Source of the DNA: Octopus sinensis
Taxonomy: Eukaryota
DNA: 46,371 bases
Reading direction: 5' to 3'
Assembly: GCF_006345805.1 (NCBI RefSeq)
Contig: NW_021829921.1
Span: 1 to 46,371 of the forward strand
The notes beneath the pieces were generated by a model. The model was not told the DNA's origin. It did no database searches and saw only the letters and a program-made list of their open reading frames with translations. A program made the translations under genes and the position numbers. How positions within the stretch are numbered: position 1 is the stretch's first letter; the number at the start of each line of letters is the position of its first letter. Below are positions 25,336 to 37,860 of this stretch, piece after piece.

Positions 25336-26491
25336 TTATTTGAAGTTATTACTTTTAAGATAGCTGCTTATTATGATATTGTAGTTTAGTTCTTGATTTT
25401 GTTGTTGTTGCTGTTGTGAAACAGCAGCAACAACAACAACAACGTTATCAACAACAATAAAAACAATGGCAGTAATGAAACAAACAAACTTTTAACATGA
25501 GCCAAAGCAAATTGTATTTTCTATCTATGATTTGAATGTATTTTCACATATAATATTTATAATCCTGTCATGTGATGTGTTTATGGAAATTTTGTGACAG
25601 AGCCTTGTAGTAGTTTACTTTTTTTTTTTCATTTCAACCTTTACCTCCCTGGGGTCGATAAAATAATCACCAGTTATGTAGTCAATCCTTTTCTTAGAAA
25701 ATTGGTCTTGTGCGTGTATAAGAAACCAATACTTGCCTCAAGACAAGTTAAATCATCCAAGGCTTTGTCGACAGACCACCCAATCATCAGACGACGATTG
25801 ATTAAGCAGCTAGTCAACCAGCCATTCTACTAACAAAGAACGCAAACAAACAAACAAACACAAAAAAGACATTAAAAAATAGGAAATCTAATTATAGTTA
25901 ATGTGAAGCTAGATTTCAAATTTGCATTGCTTCCATCAGTTAGGCCTGGAATAATTTAGGCACACGCCATTGAATAATTCCAAAGAAATATTGGAATAAA
26001 TTTACTGTCTTACATGTTCTCTGTATTATTTTTTGTTGCTTTTTTTTTCTTCTCCTTCATCGCTTGTTTACTTGTTTTGTTTAATGCTGGGGGTTAGAAT
26101 GTTTAATGAGAATCGAGCTATAGAATTTCACAATAGTAGTTATAGAAATGGTCTTGCCAACCAGACAGACGGAGTCGAAAGATGACTAGAAAGAGACAAG
26201 GTAGAAATGTTGACTAAACAGCGAAGTTTATGAATTGCGAACATATATACACAGTCCGCAGATGTTGACTTGATAAATGCTGTGTATAAAATTTTATAGA
26301 ATGGATGTAGATACTGACTAGATAACAAAACAATGTCAGACTAATAACGACAGCGATATAGACTGCAAATGTTGATTTTATAGAATATAATCATAGATGT
26401 CTTGAAGGTATAAACATATTATGAATACGGAACACAGTCACTTCTTTGTGTATTAACAGGATTGATAGAGATTGCCAAAATAATTAGATAT

Positions 26492-26494
<3 letters not shown>

Positions 26495-26543
<49 letters not shown>

Positions 26544-26544
26544 G

Positions 26545-26575
<31 letters not shown>

Positions 26576-26638
26576 GTGTGTGTGTGTGCGTGCGTGTGTG
26601 CGTGTGTGTGTGTGGTGTGTGTGCGCGTCTGTAACTAC

Positions 26639-26681
<43 letters not shown>

Positions 26682-27265
26682 ATGTGTGTGTACGAAAGGC
26701 TTTGGTATCCAGAACACCAAAAAGTCAGCTAAGGCCATATAAGTGCTACAGAAGGACCATAGTTAGACTCCCGGGTCGATAATAGTATGAGTGAGGGATC
26801 TAATGTGGTCATGCGTGAACGTGATTATGTTCTATATATTATATAATATATATATATATATATTATTATATATATATATATACATTTACATATACATATA
26901 TATGCATATATATGCATACATATGTATATGCATATATATATAACATATATATGCATATAGATATACATTTATGCATATGCATATTATATATATGCATTTA
27001 TATATGCATATACATAATACATATACATACATATGCATTATATATGCATATACATAATACATATACATACATATGCATACATATATATATAATGTATATA
27101 TTATATACATATATATATGTTATATGTATATACATATATATATATTGTTATATATATTACATATATATATATGTATATACATACATATATATATACACAT
27201 ACATACCCACATATATGCATATACATATATATACACACATACAATACACACATATATGTATATAC

Positions 27266-27315
<50 letters not shown>
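26495..27315. repeat. Compound (TA)n/(TG)n/(TATACA)-like degenerate microsatellite field
   Basis: Directly visible, and interrupted by the 120-bp unit at 26693-26812. Confidence 0.9.
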
Positions 27316-27436
27316 TCGAAAGGCTTTGGTATCCAGAACACCAAAAGTCAGCTAAGGCCATATAAGTGCTACAGAAGGACCATAGTTTAGACTCCCGGGT
27401 CGATAATAGTATGAGTGAGGGATCTAATGTGGTCAT
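26693..27436. repeat. 120-bp direct repeat (26693-26812 and 27317-27436)
   Basis: CGAAAGGCTTTGGTATCCAGAACACC...GGATCTAATGTGGTCAT is present twice, nearly identical. Confidence 0.95.
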
Positions 27437-27841
27437 CTAATGTGTTTCTTTCTTTGTCTCCGTTGTAGCTGGATCAAGGAAGTCGTGTTCTTGTCTGTCT
27501 CCTGTCCAAGCTTGATTTACGCGTTCATCACCACAACCTCTTTTAAGCTTAGCAACCCTTCCTGTTTGTTTTCACTGTCCTGTTTGTGTTACCAATTTTG
27601 ACCCTCCGCAAAATTCCAAATTTTATTCAAATTGCTTTGCTGTAGCAACTGTTTTATCGAAAGCGTATCTTGTTATATGCTCGAAATACGAGAGCAGAAA
27701 AACACCAAAGAACCGATGAAGGGTGGCTTTGTTCTTGTTTCCCATTTGTGTCTTTCGTTGTTCGAAAAAATATACATATTCCATGTAACTCGTACCTTGT
27801 ATTTTTGTTGTAAATATTTCGTGACGTCCTCTGCCTACATA

Positions 27842-27914
<73 letters not shown>

Positions 27915-28154
27915 TAAGAAGTAAATATTCAAAAGCATATTCATATAGCTATTATTATTTTTATTATCATCTGCGGTAAATGTAAATAATTAATAATAAC
28001 AACAACAAAAAAATATAATATAGGTGGCAGCAGGTTTTAAATAGCGTAAGTAGCTATACAATTAAAATTCGTATTCTATCATAGGGCATAAGAGGCGCCT
28101 AACTGCTAGAAAGTGGAATTAATTTCCTCACTCAATCACAATAAATATTATATG

Positions 28155-28155
28155 C

Positions 28156-28187
<32 letters not shown>

Positions 28188-28376
28188 TGTATGTATGTAT
28201 GTATGTATGATGTATGTAGTATGTATGTACGTATGTATGTATGTATGTATGTATGTATATAATATATATAATATATATATCCATCCTTCTCTTCTTGTAT
28301 GTATGTGTATATATGGGCATATATATATTTATATATATATGTGTGTGTTTGTGTGTGTGTGTATGTGTTTGTGTGT

Positions 28377-28411
<35 letters not shown>

Positions 28412-28420
28412 ATGTGTGCG
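28155..28420. repeat. (TATG)n/(TA)n/(TG)n microsatellites
   Basis: Directly visible. Confidence 0.95.
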
Positions 28421-28787
28421 TGTATTAGACATGCACACACACGGATATAGACGCAAGCGCGTTGCGTGATTAGATAGTGATACATGCTGGAGAAAGGCAA
28501 AATGCAATAGACAGGACAAGACCAGAAAGAAGAATGGTTACAAATTGTTTGGCAAAAGGATTCTGATAAATAAACTAATTATGATAACAATAACAACAAC
28601 AGCAAAACCAACAATAGCAACTACTACTTCTGCAACAACAATAATAAACTGAAGATCAAATAATACGTTTGTTTATTGGTAGAAGACGACCATCCCCCCA
28701 AATGAGAATATTAATATATATATATAAAAACATTATTGGTGAATTGAAGAAATGGAGCTGAACGCAGATTGAACAGAAATCGTTTTC

Positions 28788-28874
28788 TTTCATTCTACAC
28801 GTGTTTCGAAAGGCACAAATTAAAAATCCGATTGAATAATGGGACCATATTGTGTCTTTCTCTTCAGGAAGAAA
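28788..28874 (-). ncRNA. Type I hammerhead ribozyme (left arm)
   Basis: Reverse-complement copy of the CTGAAGA...GAAACACGTGTA motif, with an intact core. Confidence 0.85.
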
Positions 28875-29156
28875 AAAGGAAAATCCGTTGGAAAAACAAA
28901 AACAGAACAGAGCGGAGCAAAAAACAAATCGAACTGTGCTCCTAAGAGCCCATGGCGAAACTGTTTATCAGTGTATTGTTGAGAACCGGTGGCTTATCAT
29001 GGTGGTTATCAGTGTATGTTGAGAACCAGTGTATGTTGAGCCACCGGTTCTCAACATACACTGATAAACAGTTTCGCCATGGGCTCTTAGGAGCACAGTT
29101 CGATTTGTTTTTGCTCCGCCTCTGTTCTGTTTTTGTTTTTTCAACGGATTTCCTTT

Positions 29157-29245
29157 TTTCTTCCTGAAGAGAAAGACACAATATGGTCCCATTATTCAAT
29201 CGGATTTTGGTAATTTGTGCCTTTCGAAACACGTGTAGAATGAAA
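29157..29245 (+). ncRNA. Type I hammerhead ribozyme (right arm)
   Basis: CTGAAGA at 29164-29170, GAAAC at 29226-29230 and GTA at 29235-29237. Same sequence as 15341-15429. Confidence 0.85.
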
Positions 29246-29468
29246 TAAAAACGATTTCTGTTCAATCTGCGTTCAGCTCCATTTCTTCAATTCACCAATA
29301 ATGTTTTAATTTCAATTATCCGCACCAACGCACGGTTGCAAACGCCAGATGGTTGTACCTCCCCCGTGCTGTTTACTGCTGTGATTTTTGCTGGTATATT
29401 CGCTACTCGGGTTCGGTTAAACTTTTGATTAATCTACTACAAGAGTTTTTCATCTTTCTATTCACATA

Positions 29469-29514
<46 letters not shown>

Positions 29515-29672
29515 ATAGTTGTATGCTGACAACTTAATGTGCACTCCATTACGGGATTAATACTAGCTATTAGCTCTGGAAGCAGCACCGCTTCCTGTCT
29601 GCCTTGACACATTTCCTGTCTCCTTATGTTTACAATGGGGAGATAAGCACCCTCACCGAGCTAAGCCAACAC

Positions 29673-29712
29673 CCAGACCTAGTTTCTGAGTAATTGCTCG
29701 TCTTCAGTCTGG
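29673..29712 (-). ncRNA. Atypical hammerhead-like motif
   Basis: CCAGA-CTGAAGA-CGAG CAATTA CTCA-GAAAC-TAGG-TCTGG. The core boxes and stem I are present, but the cleavage triplet register is irregular. Confidence 0.45.
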
Positions 29713-29949
29713 AGTATCATGGCTTATGTTTATTATGCATGCATATTAGTGTTAGGCTTAGCAATTTCTAAAGTTACACATTACAACAAGCATTTACTGA
29801 CGAAGGTCCCGAATTCTTTCGATAAACTGAATTTCATTGTACATATTGAATAAATTAATACTTCGAGTTTCGCCTCTGTTGTTTTACTTGAACATAATTT
29901 GAATGAAAGACTCATTTAATAAACTTCAAGGAACAAAATAGTTAATTTC

Positions 29950-30158
29950 ACCGGTTGAAACCGGCTCTGGCCCAGAGTACAAATGTCTTATTTTCATGAG
30001 TTTTGAATTAAAATCTTCCACCAAACCTTAGTCACAATTCATGTTCCTAAAACTAGCTTAATAATAACTAAGTAATTTTACTAAATTCTTTGTTATATTT
30101 AAAGTAATTGAAAGAAACACAGAGCATCTCAAAATAAATACAGTAACAAATGGGTTAA
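29950..30158. mobile_element. Possible end of a piggyBac-like non-autonomous element
   Basis: Ends ...GTAACAAATGGG|TTAA (CCC terminus plus TTAA). The other end was not found. Confidence 0.35.
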
Positions 30159-30169
30159 TAATGGATTAC

Positions 30170-30295
30170 ACATACATACATACATATCTAGATACATACA
30201 TACATGCATACATACATACATACATACATACATACATACATACATACATACATACATACATACATACATACATACATACATACATACATACACAT
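30170..30295. repeat. (CATA)n microsatellite
   Basis: Directly visible. Confidence 0.95.
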
Positions 30296-30539
30296 GCACA
30301 CTATCTCTCGCTATAAGATAGAGAGAAAGAAAATACATTTTTTATTTTTGCCAAATAAATATATATATATACTTCACTCGTTTATTACTGTTCTTATTTT
30401 ATTTATTATGTCCGGAAATTTTTTCTTACACTTTTGTGTGTGTGTGACGGTGTAGGTGTACGTGGTGTGTAAATTGTGTTGCGTGTGTCAAAGTTTTAAC
30501 AGCAGTGTGGTCTTCCCCTCAGTCTCATATTATAGATAT

Positions 30540-30574
<35 letters not shown>

Positions 30575-30578
<4 letters not shown>

Positions 30579-30700
30579 TAGGTGAATGAATTATCCTATG
30601 TTTATCGTCAGCATGGAGATATGTGTCTTCGAAACATGTGTCGAGAGTAAAGGAATGTTGTTAACATCTTCGTTCGACTCCATTCTTTCATTTATTTATA
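30575..30700. mobile_element. Rearranged pLTR scrap with a half hammerhead, same family as 40020-40255
   Basis: GGAGAT..GTCTTC-GAAAC-ATGT-GTC lacks CTGANGA. CGTTCGACTCCATTCTTTCATTTATTT and GAGTAGGTGAATGAATTATC match the 40-kb element. Confidence 0.6.
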
Positions 30701-31504
30701 AATATATATATATATTATTACAATACAATATTATTTTCCAGCAAAATAAAGCACCGTAAAGATATATATATGAATACACACACATACACACGTAAGGGAA
30801 CACACAGACACACACACACACACACACACACATCTATGTAAGAATTTTCGTACTTGTACACGCATACAGATATACAAACAGTTATGATATTCTCAAGACG
30901 AAGCTACATCGTGATGTAAACATGAGTTTATGAAATGCACATAGCGTACAACAGTAAAAAAAAAAGACTGTGTACGACAAATATATTCTATAAGCGTACA
31001 AAAGATATATTACATGTACAAGAATAGACTGAGAAACGAATATTGATGTCAATTATGTGCTATATTATATCTTGGGCTCAATGTATTATGCTATCTACTG
31101 TGTTTGACTGGATAGACACGGCACACAGATATTGCAACGATATTGATTGGTGAAGTCAGAAGTCTATCTTTTGATAGACAAATCGTACGGTTGTTATTGC
31201 TGAATAGATACAATCAGTAAATAATTGAAAGTTCTATTGCAGCACAATAGGAGAATTTTTGGTTTCAGATTCTTGTCAATATTTTGGCATCAAGCAATAA
31301 TTAACAAACATACAAATAAATAAATAAATAACTAAAAATATTATTAATCGAGATAAGTCTGTTGATTGTGATGGTATTGGGAACTTGTAATACTTTCCCC
31401 ACCATATTATCTATGTCAGTTCAAACCCCCAACGTCAACAACATAAATACCAGCAACATGATCGATATATGCTATCTTCGGTTCTTTCGTATTTATGATC
31501 ACTG

Positions 31505-31875
31505 TGGAGGCGCAATGGCCCAGTGGTTAGGGCAGCGGACTCGCGGTCATAGGATCGCGGTTTCGATTCCCAGACCGGGCGTTGTGAGTGTTTATTGAGC
31601 GAAAACACCTAAAAAGCTCCACGAAGCTCCGGCAGGGGGTGGCGGCGATCCCTGCTGTACTCTTTCACCACAACTTTCTCTCACTCTTACTTCCTGTTTC
31701 TGTTGTACCTGTATTTCAAAGGGCCGGCCTTGTCACTCTCTGTGTCACGCTGAATATCCCCGAGAACTCCGTTAAGGGTACACGTGTCTGTGGAGTGCTC
31801 AGCCACTTACACGTTAATTTCACGAGCAGGCTGTTCCGTTGATTCGTCGTCGTAACCGACGGAGTGCTTCCATAC
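31505..31875 (+). mobile_element. Full-length SINE family B, tail type 1, with 14-bp target-site duplication
   Basis: tRNA-like head GGAGGCGCAATGGCCCAGTGGTTAGGGCAGCGGACTCGCGG..GGTTTCGATTCCC. The TSD ATTTATGATCACTG lies at 31491-31504 and 31876-31889. Confidence 0.92.
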
Positions 31876-32009
31876 ATTTATGATCACTGATAGAATCACT
31901 ATGTTTCTCTAGTACTTATGATCACTGTTATAATCACATCGTAATTAATATGTGCCTGTGTGTAAAAGCAAAAGTATGCGTGTGAATTCGAATGCATGTG
32001 TGTGTGTGT

Positions 32010-32053
<44 letters not shown>

Positions 32054-32317
32054 TGGGAGAGTTTGTGGGTTTGTGTCTATGCGTTCGTGTGCAGAAAAAG
32101 AAAGAGACACTGATAGATAGAAAGGGGGAACAACGTCACGTGATAATTGAACTGCTGGGAGATTTTTTTCTGTTTTTGCATAAAAGAATCCAGGGCATCA
32201 TGTTCATTATCATGCTCTTTAGAAGCATTATCGTTATTCTCATAACGTTCATGCCCATAATAACGAACATCATTGACGCCATTATTATTAACTCTCTTAA
32301 TTACGCATATATATATA

Positions 32318-32709
32318 TCTTTATATATAAAAGTGAGGTTGTGTGCTGTCTGTCTCCTACGATTTAGATTCCTAACTACTCCCACATTTTGCGGTGCAGT
32401 TTAACCAAAACCGGGTATCTTATAGTCGTGATTCATATCGAGCCCTTCTGGGTATTAGCGCGCGTCTACGATGAGTCTACGATTAAAAAAAAATTTTACC
32501 ATGAATTTTTCACATTTTTAATGCATTTTTGGCATATATAAGAGAAGTAACTCTCTAAAAAATTATCATTAAATCTCAGAACGTAAAAAGCTACAGTAAC
32601 AGCCCCCCCTTTGTGGTTAGCCATATTGAGATGGCTATTATACTTTACATCTCTAAAAATGCTATATAGTTATTTCCCTTACAACCCGAGCAACGCCGGG
32701 CGATACTAG
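32318..32709 (+). mobile_element. Non-autonomous Helitron, copy 2
   Basis: A|TC 5' end, subterminal hairpin CCCGAGCAACGCCGGG, CTAG|T 3' end, and no TSD. Confidence 0.88.
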
Positions 32710-32783
<74 letters not shown>

Positions 32784-32787
<4 letters not shown>

Positions 32788-32972
32788 TAATCCAAACATG
32801 AAAGCACAAAAAAACACAACAACGCGCGAGGACGTGGAACCAGTATAGTATTATTATACGACTCTAGTAAGAAGGAAAGAAGGAGGTTTAACGTTTCGAG
32901 CGGAGTATTCGTCGAAAACAAGATAAGAAGAAGATCCAGAGAAGGGAAGACGGAGGAAAAAAATCGCCAACG
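32784..32972 (-). mobile_element. pLTR-like scrap with degenerate hammerhead (32886-32919)
   Basis: Minus strand reads GTTT-TCGACGA-ATACTCCGCTC-GAAAC-GTT-AAAC, between (TA)n and (TATG)n. Confidence 0.5.
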
Positions 32973-33015
32973 GTATGTATGTATGTATGTGTAGAGTGTT
33001 AGTGTGGTTTACCGA

Positions 33016-33622
33016 AATTGAATACTGAGAAAAATGTCGTCAGAATTTTGGAAAAAAAATCTTTTTATTTCTTCATTGTTATTAGCGATTCGTTTGTTTC
33101 TCGAACTTGTCAAACAAAATTTTGTGAATGTACAAACAGTTTGTTCATTTATATAAAGCAGATGTTTTTTGAGAGGTTTTGTTTAGAAGAAGAAAACATT
33201 GTTTTTTTTTGTTTTTGTTTTTGGGGGTTGAAGTTCCATAGACAGTAAAGATGAGTGGATAGAAACATAGGTAGGTAGATAGGCTGATAGATAGAAAGAT
33301 AGATAGATAGACAGATAAGTAGATAATCAGTTAGATAGATAGGTACAGACCTGTCTATCTATCCATCTTTCTATCAGCCTATCTACCTACCTATATTTCT
33401 ATCTATCAATCTCCATTGTCAATGGAACCTCACCCAAAAGAACAAAAACAAACGTTCTCTTCTAAACAAAGCCCCCAAAAAACATCTGCTTTAAATAGAT
33501 GAACAAGCTGTTTGTACAATCACAAAATTTTATTTGACAAGTTCAAGAAACGAACGAAAGTGGTATTATTAATGGAGAAATAAATCAATTTTTTTCCAAA
33601 ATTCAGACGACTTTCTTCAATA
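33016..33622. repeat. Large imperfect inverted repeat (~290-bp arms), foldback/MITE-like
   Basis: 33016-33315 pairs with 33350-33622, e.g. AACTTGTCAAACAAAATTTTGTGA / TCACAAAATTTTATTTGACAAGTT. The centre is (GATA)n/(TATC)n. Confidence 0.88.
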
Positions 33623-33684
33623 TATATATATATATATATATATATAATCTATATATATATATATATATATATATCATACATATA

Positions 33685-34140
33685 CAGGGTGCGATGGATA
33701 AATTCTAATTTTATAGTTTTATTTTTGCGCATGCAACATTGCATAATTTTGATTTTTCTCGACTACTCAGTATAGTAGGGTCAGTTGGGCACCGTTTGTG
33801 AGAAAAACACCATCATAACGCAATTCACTCTGCCAGAAATTTGGAAACGACAAGCTGTACCTTTTGGCATTCTCATCGGAAGTTCCAATATTTACATTTC
33901 AGAGCGTCTGAGTGTCAGTGTGAGGAGATGTACCGAGAGTGACAAAAATCAAACATCATTGTATTTGAAGTGATCACTAGTGATGGCGACGTTATGTCGC
34001 CATTCATTTTCCCACACGACCTCAAACTCAACACAGAGGCCTACATCAAGAGCCTGGAGGAGGCAGTGCTGTCCAGAGTCAAGAGGGTGGCTGCTGGGAG
34101 ACCCTATGTCTGGCAACAGGACCCTGCACCTTGCCACACA
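33685..34140 (+). mobile_element. Internally deleted mariner/maT-like transposon fragment
   Basis: TA|CAGGGTG terminus and the peptide VITSDGDVMSPFIF...YVWQQDPAPCHT. A subterminal segment is repeated at ~35700-35755. Confidence 0.75.
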
Positions 34141-34154
34141 ATTTCTGCGACCAT

Positions 34155-34330
34155 TTCTGCCGCTATGTTCTGAATTCAAATTCCGCCGAGGTCGACTTTG
34201 CCTTTCATCTTTTCGGGGTCGATAAATTAAGTACCAGTTACGCACTGGGGTCGATATAATCGACTTAATCCCTTTGTCTGTCCTTCTTTGTCCCCTCTAT
34301 GTTTAGCCCCTTGTGGGCAATAAGAAATAA
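34155..34330 (+). mobile_element. SINE family A, 5'-truncated
   Basis: Core and tail match family A. Confidence 0.88.
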
Positions 34331-36391
34331 TATCTAAACACTGCAAATCTGCTTGCAGGAATAAAAATAGACTTCAAAATTTTTTGTCGCATAATTTATC
34401 ATGCAATTTAAATGCACGGTTATATACTGTTACACATCTCTTAAATTTAATCTTTCTTTTGCAACGAATCGTTGATATCTATAGATTTTAATAAAAAAAA
34501 AAGATTAAATAAGATATTTCTGTAAAATATTTGCGAACTAAATTAATTATTTAAATTCTAAGACAAGAATATAGTCCCTTCACTTCTTTGTAATTACCTA
34601 ACATAAACAATTATACCTTAACCATAACTATATTATAAAATCACATATGCATTGAATTAAAGACCAACCCGCAAGCAGTTTACGCTATGGTTAACATCGT
34701 TACAATTTTACATAAATTCAGTTATTGTATGTAATTTATCTCTTCTACTCTTTAAATCTTTTGAGAACATGTTTATCATGTAGCAAAGTTCCTATACCAT
34801 TTTTATAATCGCAGAAAGACCACTTACGAAATCTCGGAGAGTTTCAACTTCCAATAAATTCTTTCGTCTCTTTAGTCCCTTGTCTTCAGGTGTGTCATCG
34901 GTCTTGGTACTCCATGCCAAAGTTGGGATGTTTCTCAGTTTTCTTGAATGGAAATCGAAGAGTAGCGTTTTCCCGTTGCTTTCTGTCGGTGCATTTACAT
35001 TTTGCATAGCTAGACTCTTGCGCTTCGAATTTTACCCTAGAGGCACAGGCCTGTTTAACGTCTATGGGTTTCACACTGCATCAAGGCATATCCATGAGAA
35101 TAGGTGTGCCTTTCCGACACATGTGTAGAGATCAGCCTTGTATGCGTTAGCCTCAGGACTATCTGCTATTTCATTTATACCTGTGACCTTTGATAGATAC
35201 GACCATCCCGGTTCAGAATGCACTTAGGAGTAGTGGTGAGTAAAGAATAACGCGACACTACCAAAATTCCTGAAGTCTCAGACCAAATCGTTATCACCAG
35301 ATGCAGTTGATATTTTGATTAGTGTTGTATGATGCTGATTAGTAATGAGAAACTAGTTTGCTAGTAGTTCACAACACTTAATCAACAACACAACAATTTA
35401 CAAAGTGAGTAGAGGAACTGTTCCGGTAATAACATACTTTTTACTTTTTTATAATATCGTTTGCTTTGAATATTTCATTATCTTAGTTAGTTCGTCTTCG
35501 GTGCAATTTTTTGATTTCTAATAGTAATATGGAATGCTCAATCCAATTCATTCATGGATCAAATCCGTTCTTATCTGATCTTCCTGACAAGTCTCCCCAA
35601 CTGTAAATCTGGTTGCAGCGTTAGATTGGCGGTAGCTGATATAGAGGGAGTCCACGGAGGCAAACATACAGTGACTATACAAAAAAAAGGGAAGGTCGTA
35701 TTTTGATTTTTGTCGACTACTCAGTATAGTAGGGTCAGTTGGGTACCGTTTGTGATGACCAGAGACTTCTAATTCTCAATTAAACCTAGCAAATTGCTAA
35801 AGCGTACCTCGTGATGTGTTCCTGGGTGCTACAGAAGTTGCCTTGTACTTGAGTGAACCGATAAATTTTTATCTATGAAATGATACAGTTGTGATGTCCC
35901 ATTTTGTATTAAGTTGTAACTGATCATTTTTCATTCTTAATTTCGCATATAGTGTTCGAAATTATCACCGATCGCTGCAAACACCGTATTAAAATTGCGT
36001 CAATCCATTATCGTCCACTACTGCTCTGTCTCCAATTTTCACTTTCGGTTCTAGAGAACTCCCTTGCTCGGCTTTTCATGTATCTACGTCCTCTGGTCAC
36101 TGGACATTTCAGCTTTTTGTTGGGTCATCATCTAACGTAATGCTATTCGACATACTGACAGCAAGCCCATGCTGGTGTTGATCCTTACTGAAGGAACAGA
36201 GCTTGCCAGTGACACCAAGTGTGTGGGTTGGAGATTAGGCACTCCAGAATAACAGTTTCGTGGTTGAGGGAGTGCTTGCAGCGTCAAGCATGGAGATTTC
36301 CCAATAAATTATATATGTATAAAAAACATATATATGTATAGGTGAGTGCACGTGTGTATTTGTGTTTGTTTATACCGGTGTAACTCGGTAT

Positions 36392-36790
36392 AAGGCGGTG
36401 AGCTGGCAGAATCGTTAGCACGCCGGGCGAGATGCGTAGCCGTATTTCGTCTGCCGTTACGTTCTGAGTTCAAATTCCGCTGAGGTCGACTTTGCCTTTC
36501 ATCCTTTCGGGGTCGATAAATTAAGTACCAGTTACGGACTGGGGTCAATGTAATCGACTTAATACTTATGTCTGTCCTTGTTTGTCCGTCCCCTCTATGT
36601 TTAGCCCCTTGTGGGTAGTAAAGAAATAGGTATTTCGGCTGCCGCTATGTTCTGAGTTCAAATTCTGCCTTTCATCCTTTCGGGGTTCGATAAATTAAGT
36701 ACCAGTTACGGACTGGGGTCAATGTAATCGACTTAATCCGTTTGTCCCCTCTGTGTTTATTTAGCCCCTTGTGGGTAGTAAAGAAATAGG
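36392..36790 (+). mobile_element. Dimeric SINE family A (full first monomer)
   Basis: AAGGCGGTGAGCTGGCAGAATCGTTAGCACG head, junction AAGAAATA|GGTATTTCG at ~36629, and possible TSD GGTATAA. Confidence 0.9.
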
Positions 36791-37309
36791 TATAACTACA
36801 TTCTTGTATATACGTCTAGAAATTTGGTAGCATTCTTTTGAAAGGACATTATTCTCATGATAAATTTTAACCATTCGATTAATAAACTTAGAAGATGGAA
36901 AATCAGTATAGGGAAGGCCATGGCCGGACGCGGTTGCAAGTCCAGTGAGTGAGGCCAGTTAAACAGAGAAAAGAAATATTTGATTTTGGCAAATGTACAG
37001 ATGGAAAAACAGAAGAAGTAAGAAAAGAGGCAGATGAGAATTTCAAACAAATTATGTTTACGAAGGAAAACGGAGAAAAGATAAAAACGTACAAAAACAT
37101 ATGTGAAACAACGCGTAAAAGAACTGACTCATCCATCAAAATAAATAAATAAATAAATAAATAAATAAATAGAAAATAAAATTAATTGTCAAGAGAGGAA
37201 AACCCATAAACTTCTCTTGAATGGAATCAATGAAGTGCTTGAAAGAAATTGTTTGAAAGAAATTCCTACAATAAATCTGTGATGGAACGACAAAAATAGC
37301 ACCCAATCT

Positions 37310-37369
37310 ATATATTTATCTATCTATCAGTCTGTCTGTCAATCTGTCTGTCTATCTTACTATCTACCG

Positions 37370-37426
<57 letters not shown>

Positions 37427-37430
37427 CCTG

Positions 37431-37466
<36 letters not shown>

Positions 37467-37478
37467 CCTGTCTATCTG

Positions 37479-37522
<44 letters not shown>

Positions 37523-37815
37523 CCTACCTACCTACCTACCTACCTACCTACCTACCTACCTACCTACCTACCTACCTACGTATTTAGATATCTATCTACC
37601 ATCTACCAAGCTATCTATATATCTATCTGTCTATCAGTTTCTCTATCAGCTTATCTGTCTGTCGATATGCCTCTATGTATATATATATATTTGCCTGGTA
37701 CTTGGTCTCTCTATCTATGTGTCTGTCTGGCTGTCTCTCACCCTCTCCTTTATCTTTCCCCATCCGTTCATCCATCCATCCATCCGTACATACATACATA
37801 CAACCATCTTTCTAC

Positions 37816-37859
<44 letters not shown>

Positions 37860-37860
37860 T
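37310..37860. repeat. (TATC)n/(TACC)n/(TCCA)n microsatellite field
   Basis: Directly visible. Confidence 0.95.

Larger units (their letters stand above)
28727..29468 (+). mobile_element. Young Penelope-like pLTR element: ~265-bp near-perfect inverted repeat plus tail
   Basis: 28727-28992 and 29041-29308 are reverse-complementary. The tail at 29308-29468 matches 14976-15127 reversed, with (TA)n flanks. Confidence 0.85.

Noticed and set aside
31506-31580. tRNA gene
   Set aside because: The tRNA-like head continues into a SINE body with a TSD and lacks a proper acceptor stem.
34792-35100. Possible LINE endonuclease remnant (NVNAPTE, minus strand), with similar faint traces at ~3600-3780 and ~19400-19850
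   Set aside because: The similarity is too weak to call without a profile search.
36915-36970. Twister-like loop CGGTTGCAAGTCC...GAGTG
   Set aside because: P1, P2 and the UAA cleavage segment cannot be assembled convincingly.
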